A DNA stretch of 12,092 nt from Candidatus Hydrogenedentota bacterium (GTDB lineage Bacteria > Hydrogenedentota > Hydrogenedentia > Hydrogenedentales > GCA-2746185), in NCBI GenBank assembly GCA_046583315.1, contig JAYGCN010000077.1, positions 1-12,092 on the forward strand, in the 5' to 3' direction. Position 1 is the stretch's first letter. The number at the start of each line of letters is the position of its first letter. This document shows, in pieces, positions 1 through 6,897 of the stretch. Under the pieces are notes generated by a model. That model saw nothing but the letters and a program-made list of their open reading frames with translations. It was not told the DNA's origin and made no database searches. A program made the translations under genes and the position numbers.

Positions 1-2
1 GC

Positions 3-254
3 ATCATCCCGGCGGAAGTGCTCACGCCGCAGTATGAGAGTTGGTTGGACGGGCTTGAGAATGCTGAGGAGACACTCGACAAGATCACGAGCTTGATACC
101 GCTCGGTAATCGAATGACAAAATCGTCAGAGGTCGCCGACATGGCCACCTTCCTCGCATCCGAACGATCATCACACACCACCGGGCAACACATCTATGTC
201 GATGGGGGCTACACCCATCTCGACAAAGCGAATATCGAACGCAGGGAAGACTAA
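3..254 (+). CDS. SDR family oxidoreductase, C-terminal part (L-fucose dehydrogenase-like); 5' truncated by window edge
   Basis: Frame open from position 3: IIPAEVLTPQYESWL...IPLGNRMT..EVADMATFLASERSSHTTGQHIYVDGGY, a typical SDR C-terminus. The PAEV.TP.Y..W and IPLG.RMT segments recall L-fucose dehydrogenases. Confidence 0.85.
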   Translation: MIPAEVLTPQYESWLDGLENAEETLDKITSLIPLGNRMTKSSEVADMATFLASERSSHTTGQHIYVDGGYTHLDKANIERRED

Positions 255-1075
255 CCTTCGGCGGCGTTCGGGACGCAGAAGATGTCATAGTGACGCCATT
301 GATTCACATTGTCTGGCGTTACGCGTTCGCCGCGATATTCAGCTTCACTCTCGATGTGGTAAACGGTGTAGTCGAGTGTAGTGAAAAGTTCCAGCATATC
401 GACTCGAGTCTTCTCCGGGGCATGTTTGTAAATCTCGGCCTTGATATAGGGGCGAGTCCGTTCCAGCAGAGGACGTAGCGAAAGCAGCACTTCGTAATCG
501 AAACCTTCAAGGTCGGTCTTGATGTAACGCAGGCGGGGCAGGCACTCTGGATGTTCCCGTTCCAGATACGACTCCAGGCACTTCCCTTGAACCTTCAACG
601 GAAAAGCATGCGCATGTTTCCAGCGGCTCATACCCCGATGCAGGCCGCCGTTGCAATAACTGGGATCAGAGTATTCAAAAGTATATTCTCCGTCCTCGGG
701 CATGGCCGCGAAATTGAGCGGCACGATCCGCATCTTCTCGACATTCAGTCCCGCATTGAGTTCGAGTGTACGGTACACAAAGGGGTTAGGCTCCAGCGCC
801 TACACCGCGCCGGTCGGCCCTACCGCAAGTGCCATCGGCACCGTTGAATCTCCCGTGTGCGCACCTATATCGATGGCGACATCTCCGGGTTGAAGGAAAG
901 TTCTGAGTTCATCGACCGTAGACTGCTCGATTCGCTTTGGTTTCTCTCGCGGACTCAGCCACTGTGCATACTGCACCACACCATCGTTCGCGAGATGGTG
1001 TTCCGTGATCTCATTTCCAAACTCGCGATCGCGCGGACGAAATCCGAGCAGATAGAAGACTTCCTTAAGTTTCAT
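251..1075 (-). pseudogene. FkbM family SAM-dependent methyltransferase interrupted by one in-frame TAG at 800-802
   Basis: ORFs 800..1075 and 251..778 share a frame (825 nt total). Read through they give DIGAHTGD...VGPTGAV*ALEPNPFVY...YIKTDLEGFDYEVL, the FkbM motifs with the stop inside the V-x-A-x-E-P-N-P motif. Confidence 0.85.
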
Positions 1076-1149
1076 ATATCGGTAACCCCCAGCATTTGTA
1101 TCGAACCGTAATATAGCAGAAATCGTTACGCAGAGGGTATTCGGTGTAC

Positions 1150-1356
1150 TTATAGGAGAAAAGTAGCGCCTTCAATTACCAATATCACAATGACTGCAAG
1201 GCCTACGCTGAAGTGTGACCACATAAGGGTGTGCGACGAAAATAGTTGCGCGTACACCAAGCGCGAATTGAGAAGCTACGAAGTTGACGGGCACGAATTA
1301 TCACTTACGCTTTCTAAGTCATTTCCTATTGACACTCCCGGCATTGATGTCGGCAT
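1150..1356 (-). pseudogene. Paralog of the small membrane protein at 2153-2359, with in-frame TAG at 1276-1278 (absent from the ORF track)
   Basis: Manual translation: MPTSMPGVSIGNDLESVSDNSCPSTS*LLNSRLVYAQLFSSHTLMWSHFSVGLAVIVILVIEGATFLL*. The last 25 aa are 18/25 identical to the 2153-2359 protein. The start is uncertain, with no clear SD; TTG at 1260 or GTG at 1257 would give a ~35-aa peptide. Confidence 0.7.
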
Positions 1357-1458
1357 GCTGGAACCAAAAGCCAGCCGCGATTGATGCGTTCCGAGCAAAC
1401 ATCGAGCGCCGCGAGGACTGAAAGTATAGCCCGGTCCAGCGAGCAAGAGACTTCATCA

Positions 1459-1959
1459 TCATCGAAGAACGGTAATCGGGTCCGTGAATAATTTTGCATT
1501 GGGAATAAGAATCTTATCCCCTCCAGAATCCAGTTCGGTGTAGCGAAGATCGATGGATACAACGGTTCCTTCGAAACCCGACACGCGAATTTTGTTTCCA
1601 ATCTCGAATGGATGATAGAGCAGAATAAGGAATCCAGAGAGTAAATTGGAGATGGTGTCCTTTAAGGCAAATCCGAGCGCGAATCCCGTCAGCCCCAATC
1701 CTGCCACCAGCGCAGATACATCGATACCCAGTGTTCCAAGTACAGTAATCACCGCTAAAATTATCAGACAGGCCTGGCTCGTACGTGCCAGTAGTGTTTG
1801 CAGGTGAGTATCCATATTGAACTTTTCTGAGGCGCGTGCAATCAGTTTCTTGATGACCATTGCCAAGACGGTGAACACAATCGCGATCACGATGACGGCT
1901 ATCAATTTCGGGACCCATAACCCCTCTTCGTAAACAAGATCGGGAATCATTTTTTCCAC
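1459..1959 (-). CDS. mscS: Small-conductance mechanosensitive channel (MscS family), short form lacking the C-terminal alpha/beta domain
   Basis: Three hydrophobic segments, GLGLTGFALGFALKDTISNLLSG (TM3), PFEIGNKIRV..FEGTVVSIDLRYT and IPNAKLF. AAAGGA upstream of GTG at 1959; ATG at 1950 is an alternative start. Ends with TGA TGA TGA. Confidence 0.88.
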   Translation of the reverse strand: MEKMIPDLVYEEGLWVPKLIAVIVIAIVFTVLAMVIKKLIARASEKFNMDTHLQTLLARTSQACLIILAVITVLGTLGIDVSALVAGLGLTGFALGFALKDTISNLLSGFLILLYHPFEIGNKIRVSGFEGTVVSIDLRYTELDSGGDKILIPNAKLFTDPITVLR

Positions 1960-2052
1960 CGTAGTTACGTTCCTTTCCAACGTTGATTAGGTTTCGAGCA
2001 TAGCAGATGGTGACATACTGTATAGTTGACGGGTAAGGATTGGATGTGCGCA

Positions 2053-2143
2053 GGCAAGAGAAGAGGCCAGAGTCGCGGCGTGGGTTTTGGGCGTTGTGAT
2101 GCCTAACGTTGTGGGTCGTGAAACCGAAAGTTTTCCTGGGCAG
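2053..2143. repeat. Copy 1 (partial) of a structured direct repeat
   Basis: 2053-2111 matches 2540-2598 at 52/59 nt, and all 7 differences are transitions. Similarity resumes after a ~15-nt insertion (aagttttcc..ggcag). Confidence 0.9.
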
Positions 2144-2152
2144 TCGTCGTAG

Positions 2153-2359
2153 CTATAGAAAAAAGCTCGCGCCTTCGATCAGCAGTATCACGGCGACTGC
2201 AACGCCGACGGTGAGGTGTGACCACATAAGCTTGTAGTGGCGCTTTTCGAGATCGTTTATACGGTCGTACAACAGGTTGCGCTCGAAATGGGATATCGAT
2301 GGAGACTCGATATCGGAGGTGTGAACATCGATAAACGTAGCAGGATTGCGTAGAGCCAT
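2153..2359 (-). CDS. Hypothetical 68-aa protein with one C-terminal transmembrane helix (tail-anchored)
   Basis: MALRNP...LMWSHLTVGVAVAVILLIEGASFFL. GGGGGA upstream of the ATG, a candidate promoter just upstream, and a paralog at 1150-1356 with mostly synonymous or conservative changes in the C-terminal part. Alternative TTG start at 2386. Confidence 0.75.
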   Translation of the reverse strand: MALRNPATFIDVHTSDIESPSISHFERNLLYDRINDLEKRHYKLMWSHLTVGVAVAVILLIEGASFFL

Positions 2360-2395
2360 AGTCGGATCCCCCCGAATCGTTGTCAATAGTTATCC

Positions 2396-2424
2396 TTTAT
2401 AACACGCAATGGATAATATTACAA
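2396..2424 (-). promoter_or_regulatory. Candidate sigma70 promoter of the small membrane protein gene
   Basis: Minus strand TTGTAA-17 nt-TATAAA with extended-10 TGn, inside an AT-rich stretch (about 2390-2485). Confidence 0.5.
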
Positions 2425-2539
2425 GGGGTTATCTCTGCGTTGAATTTTTTATAACTGTAAGTAATTGATAAATATATACTTATATCGCATGCGCTCCCGT
2501 TAGGTGCGCCGGACAGTCTAGCAAATGTCAGGGAAAATG

Positions 2540-2646
2540 GGCAAAAGAAGGGGCCAGAGTCGCGGTGTGGGTTTTGGGCGTTGTAATGCCCGACGTCGCA
2601 AGTTTTCCGGCAGGAACCTGTGCCGAGCCGCGTTGCTCTGACCCTC
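2540..2646. ncRNA. Candidate ~100-nt structured RNA/element (full copy 2 of the repeat); family not recognised
   Basis: Ends pair (2551-2559 with 2636-2644; 2561-2565 with 2628-2632) and enclose two hairpins (about 2574-2593 and 2608-2625). On the minus strand there is TATACT at 2653-2658 just upstream and a U-rich tail (CUUCUUUU). Confidence 0.45.
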
Positions 2647-2707
2647 AATTTCAGTATATACCTGATCGGAGATTCTGTGTGGATTATTTTTGCGGAATTC
2701 GGGAGCG

Positions 2708-3832
2708 TTAGACCTGCTTTGATCCCCTTGCCTTCAGGGCGGCCACGGCGTGTTTGACTTTTTGCGTCTGATCTTTTGGCGTGACGAGCACGCCGTCTTT
2801 GGATACGACGACGACTACATCCTCCAGACCGATAACGCTGACGGCCATATCGTCTTTGCCGACACCGTTGTAGACAATGCTGTTGGTCGTGTCGATCAGT
2901 ACCGGATCGCCAAAGGTCACGTTGCCGTCTGAGTCTGACTCGCGTGTGCGGTCGAGGGCGAGCCATGAACCGACATCGTCCCAGGGATACTCGGCGCGGG
3001 CTACGATGACATCCCGGGCGTGTTCCATGAGTGCGTAGTCGATGGAGACCCCTTCGAGCGATTCGAAGAGCGCGTCAGTTTTTGTATCGTCGCCGGCGTC
3101 GATGGAGCTCGCCATGCCATCGATGATCTCCGCCATTTCCGGTCGCGCGTTCCGTAACTCCTCCACAAACGAGTCGACCCGCCAGAAGAACATGCCGCTG
3201 TTCCAGAAGAAATTACCGGCGTCGAGAAAATCTTGCGCGCGCGAGGCATCGGGTTTTTCGTGGAAGGCCTCGGCTTTGAGCAGTGTGATGCCGCCGACCT
3301 GTACGGACTCGCCGGGATTGCTGGAGCCTTGAATGTAGCCGTAGCCGACATCGGGGCGGTCGGGCACGATGCCATGGGTGACGAGGCTGCCCTGGGTTTC
3401 GGCGATGTGAAGTGAGGCATCGACGGTTTGCCGAAACAGGTCCGGGTCGCCAATCTGGTGGTCGGCGGTTACGACTGCCATCGACAGATTTGAGCCGTTG
3501 CCACCGTAACGCGCGCGCATGGCGGCTGCGGCATAACAAAGACAACCGGCTGTATCGCGTTTGCACGGCTCGGCGATGACATTTTCCTTCGGAATGCCGA
3601 TTTCGGCGGCGATGATGGAATCCAGCAGGTGTCTTCCTGTGACCACGAAAATGTGCTCTGACGCGATAAGTGGCGCGAGCCTGTCGACGGCTTCTTCGAG
3701 CATATTTTTGGTCTCAGAAGTGAGCCTGAGCAGTTGTTTGGGGTGTTGCTGGCGTGACAATGGCCAAAAACGCTCGCCCGAGCCTCCGGCCATGATGATG
3801 GCCAGACGTTGCATTGTTGCGGTGGATTCCAT
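2708..3832 (-). CDS. manC: Mannose-1-phosphate guanylyltransferase (no fused isomerase domain)
   Basis: IMAGGSGERFWPLSR..PKQLL, EP.KRDTA, GYGYI, FHEKPD, WNSGMF, SIDYALME, WDDVGSW; GAAGGA SD before the ATG. Confidence 0.93.
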   Translation of the reverse strand: MESTATMQRLAIIMAGGSGERFWPLSRQQHPKQLLRLTSETKNMLEEAVDRLAPLIASEHIFVVTGRHLLDSIIAAEIGIPKENVIAEPCKRDTAGCLCYAAAAMRARYGGNGSNLSMAVVTADHQIGDPDLFRQTVDASLHIAETQGSLVTHGIVPDRPDVGYGYIQGSSNPGESVQVGGITLLKAEAFHEKPDASRAQDFLDAGNFFWNSGMFFWRVDSFVEELRNARPEMAEIIDGMASSIDAGDDTKTDALFESLEGVSIDYALMEHARDVIVARAEYPWDDVGSWLALDRTRESDSDGNVTFGDPVLIDTTNSIVYNGVGKDDMAVSVIGLEDVVVVVSKDGVLVTPKDQTQKVKHAVAALKARGSKQV

Positions 3833-3943
3833 GAAACATTTCCTTCAAATATAGGTATGAAAACTATGAATATTTACGCGATAATCGCTGTAATTACAGT
3901 ACATTTTGGTCGATAGCGTGGGTCAAGGTCAATCTAGTTGGGA

Positions 3944-3972
3944 TTGTTTGACCCCGTTTCGTGTGTTACCAT
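3944..3972 (+). promoter_or_regulatory. Candidate sigma70 promoter of the ftsH operon
   Basis: TTGTTT(3944-3949)-17 nt-TACCAT(3967-3972) with extended-10 TGn; overlapping TTGACC at 3948. Confidence 0.45.
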
Positions 3973-4066
3973 AGTCTACAGTAAACGTTAATGGTTTACA
4001 TGGGAGGATGTTCTCCCATCTCTAATTGGGGCCGCGTTGCGGCGGTTACGAGGTCATAACGATATT

Positions 4067-6046
4067 ATGAGTGGTATTTTCAAACAGATTTCATTGTGGA
4101 TTGTCATTCTGATCATCTTGTTGCTTGGTGTCTACAGCTTTGGCGGCAACAAGGATGATGAGGTCGTACTGACATCTTATACCTTTAGTGAGCAGCTTAA
4201 ATTAGGCAATGTTGATAAAGTCGATATCCTGCGTCTTCCAGAAGAACAGTATTTATTCAAGGTACAGTTCAAGGATGAAGTTGAAGGCCAGGCATTGATG
4301 GAATTCGAGACGGATCAGTTCAAGGAAGAATGGCGGACCGAGCTTGCCGCGCAGAATATTCCACAGGACACGCGTACAGAGAACACGGCGGTCTGGAGCT
4401 TTATATGGACCTTCGTGCCGTTTATCCTGATTTTCGGTCTTTTCTGGTTTTTCATGATGCGGCAGATGCAGGGTGGCAGCAACAAGGCGATGTCCTTTGG
4501 CAAGAGTCGTGCGCGTCGATTCAGTCCGGGCGACAAAATGGCTACCTTCAAAGATGTCGCGGGCGTTGACGAAGCCAAGGAAGAGTTGCAGGAAATCATT
4601 GAGTTTCTGCGTGATCCCAAGAAGTTCACGAAACTTGGCGGTAAAATCCCCAAGGGTGTATTGCTCATCGGGCCTCCGGGTTGCGGTAAGACCTTGCTTG
4701 CCCGAGCGGTTGCCGGTGAAGCCAATGTTCCATTTTTCGCCATCAGCGCATCTGACTTCGTTGACATGTTTGTCGGTGTCGGTGCAAGCCGTGTACGTGA
4801 CTTGTTTGCGCAGGGACAGAAGAATGCTCCGTGCATCATTTTCATTGACGAAATTGATGCCGTAGGACGTCAGCGCGGTGCGGGATTGGGCGGTGGACAC
4901 GATGAACGTGAGCAAACGCTGAACCAGCTGCTTGTCGAGATGGACGGTTTCAGTACGAACGAGGGTGTCATTCTTATGGCCGCCACGAACCGTCCTGATG
5001 TGCTGGATAAAGCATTGATGCGGCCGGGCCGATTTGATCGTCAGGTGATGGTCGGGAATCCAGACATTAAGGGTCGTGAATCGATTCTGGGTATTCATAT
5101 TGAAAACAATAACGTGCCCATCGCTGAAGACGTTGAAACCCGAGTGATTGCTCGCGGTACTCCGGGATTCTCCGGTGCGGATCTTGCCAATCTGGTGAAT
5201 GAAGCGGCGTTGTTGGCTGCGCGTCGTGATCAGGAAGTGGTCATGAAGCATGACTTTGAAGAAGCCAAGGACCGGGTCATGATGGGACCGGAGCGTCGCA
5301 GTCTGGTAATTAGCGCAAAAGAAGCACGCAATACGGCGGTGCATGAAGCGGGTCACGCGCTGGTTTGTCGCTTGATGGAAGAAGCCGATCCGGTACACAA
5401 AGTTACGATTGTTCCTCGTGGACCGTCTCTGGGTTTGACCAGTTGGTTGCCCGAAGAGGATCGTCATAATATTGCCAAGAAGTACGCGCTTGCCATGTTG
5501 CGGGTCGCCATGGGTGGTCGCGCGGCCGAAGAAATTGTGTACGACGAATTCACCAGTGGTGCTGCGGGCGATTTGCAGATGGCCACGGGTCAGGCGCACT
5601 CGATGGTCTGTGAATGGGGCATGAGCGCCTTGGGACCGATTGCTTTCGGATCGAACCGCGAAGTATTTCTTGGGCGCGATTTCTCCAAGGAGCGGGATTA
5701 TTCTGAAGCGACTGCCTCGGCGGTGGACAAGACAATAAGCGCCATGCTCGAAGATGCTTATGCTGATGCCAAGGCCATGTTGACTGAACACCGCGCGGTT
5801 CTTGATGCCATTACTGAAGCACTCGTGGAACGCGAGACGCTGGACGGCAAACAACTGGATGAAATTATTACTCGCGTCGGTGGCCCGGACATTCTTCCTG
5901 AACGTGAAGAGTATAAGGAGCCGGTGCAAGTGGCCGCCAAGGAAGAGGTTGTGGAGACCGAGACCGATTCCACGGCTACGCCTTCCGGGCCTGAGCTGAA
6001 CGATGATGCGCCGCCACCAGGCGACATCGTACCGGGGACTGCTTAA
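4067..6046 (+). CDS. ftsH: ATP-dependent zinc metalloprotease FtsH
   Basis: Two N-terminal TM helices, Walker [12 protein letters not shown] pore loop, Walker [37 protein letters not shown] zinc motif. ATG at 4067 preferred over TTG at 4037. Confidence 0.98.
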   Translation: MSGIFKQISLWIVILIILLLGVYSFGGNKDDEVVLTSYTFSEQLKLGNVDKVDILRLPEEQYLFKVQFKDEVEGQALMEFETDQFKEEWRTELAAQNIPQDTRTENTAVWSFIWTFVPFILIFGLFWFFMMRQMQGGSNKAMSFGKSRARRFSPGDKMATFKDVAGVDEAKEELQEIIEFLRDPKKFTKLGGKIPKGVLLIGPPGCGKTLLARAVAGEANVPFFAISASDFVDMFVGVGASRVRDLFAQGQKNAPCIIFIDEIDAVGRQRGAGLGGGHDEREQTLNQLLVEMDGFSTNEGVILMAATNRPDVLDKALMRPGRFDRQVMVGNPDIKGRESILGIHIENNNVPIAEDVETRVIARGTPGFSGADLANLVNEAALLAARRDQEVVMKHDFEEAKDRVMMGPERRSLVISAKEARNTAVHEAGHALVCRLMEEADPVHKVTIVPRGPSLGLTSWLPEEDRHNIAKKYALAMLRVAMGGRAAEEIVYDEFTSGAAGDLQMATGQAHSMVCEWGMSALGPIAFGSNREVFLGRDFSKERDYSEATASAVDKTISAMLEDAYADAKAMLTEHRAVLDAITEALVERETLDGKQLDEIITRVGGPDILPEREEYKEPVQVAAKEEVVETETDSTATPSGPELNDDAPPPGDIVPGTA

Positions 6047-6066
6047 TCCCTGAACGGGGAACACGC

Positions 6067-6897
6067 ATGAATTCGACAGGGATCCTATCCGCCACACAGA
6101 CCCGGGTCATGGGTGTGCTCAACGTAACACCGGATTCTTTTTTTGGGCCGAGCCGTGTTCAATCGGAAGCGGTGATTCACAAAAGGGGTCTTGAGATGAT
6201 TGCCTCAGGTGCCCACATTCTCGATATTGGGGGCGAATCCTCACGTCCGGGTGCAAAACCTGTTGGTCTTGAAGAGGAACTGGAGCGCGTGTTGCCGGCA
6301 TTGGGTGTGTTGAGCAAAACGGATGCGCTATTGTCCGTCGATACCTATCGCGCCGAGACCGCGCGTCAGGCGATTGCCCACGGGGCGACGATGGTGAACG
6401 ATATTACCGCGTTCCAGGGTGATAGGGCGATGGCGAGCGTTGTTGCTGAGACCGACGTGGAATGTGTACTCATGCACATGCAGGGTACACCGGAGTCCAT
6501 GCAGGACGCGCCTAAGTATGATGATGTGATGGATGAACTTCGTGCCTTTTTCGAGGAACGCGTCCAGTGTGCCATTGATGCGGGAATCGATCGGGAAAAC
6601 GTCTGGATTGATCCTGGGTTTGGTTTTGGGAAGACGGTTCAGCATAATCTAGAGATATTGAATCGATTGGGCGAACTGCGCGAAATCGGATGCCGGATAC
6701 TGATAGGGACTTCAAACAAGTCGATGATCGGGGCGGTGCTGGACGCGGATGTGGACAATCGAAGTGAGGGGACAGCGGCAACGGTGGCGATCGCGATTCA
6801 GAATGGTGCGGACGCGATACGGGTACACGATGTTGCTGCGATGGCCAAGGTGGCACGCATGACCGACGCGGTCATGGGAAGGATCGACATTGACTGA
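6067..6897 (+). CDS. folP: Dihydropteroate synthase
   Basis: MGVLNVTPDSF, DIGGESSRPG, SVDTY, LMHMQGTP, DPGFGFGK, GTSNKS, IRVHDV; conserved position after ftsH. Confidence 0.97.
   Translation: MNSTGILSATQTRVMGVLNVTPDSFFGPSRVQSEAVIHKRGLEMIASGAHILDIGGESSRPGAKPVGLEEELERVLPALGVLSKTDALLSVDTYRAETARQAIAHGATMVNDITAFQGDRAMASVVAETDVECVLMHMQGTPESMQDAPKYDDVMDELRAFFEERVQCAIDAGIDRENVWIDPGFGFGKTVQHNLEILNRLGELREIGCRILIGTSNKSMIGAVLDADVDNRSEGTAATVAIAIQNGADAIRVHDVAAMAKVARMTDAVMGRIDID

Noticed and set aside
2101..2107. GCCTAAC/GTTAGGC resembling an integron attC core site
   Set aside because: No complementary partner core at a suitable distance, not conserved in copy 2 (GCCCGAC), and no integrase in the window.
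2519..2560. GCAAA..GGAAA..GCAAAAG resembling a c-di-GMP-I riboswitch
   Set aside because: No P2 stem around the GAAA, no P3, and no co-oriented downstream gene.
2053..2598. Repeat pair as a CRISPR array
   Set aside because: Only two copies, 59+ nt long and 487 bp apart, with no cas genes.
2540..2646. Structured element as tRNA-Sec, SRP RNA, 5S rRNA or tmRNA
   Set aside because: No T-loop/anticodon arm, no SRP helix-8 GNRA/AGCAG motif, no 5S CCGAAC, and too short for tmRNA.
2677..2685. Single DnaA-box-like 9-mer (TAATCCACA, minus strand) near an AT-rich tract
   Set aside because: One mismatched box only; no cluster or origin-linked genes.
2397..2966. 189-aa minus-strand ORF
   Set aside because: Arg-rich alternative frame of manC that runs through the structured element and AT-rich promoter; no protein-like features.
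4253..6097. 614-aa antisense ORF
   Set aside because: In-register shadow of ftsH; no recognisable motifs, and composition is typical of antisense frames.
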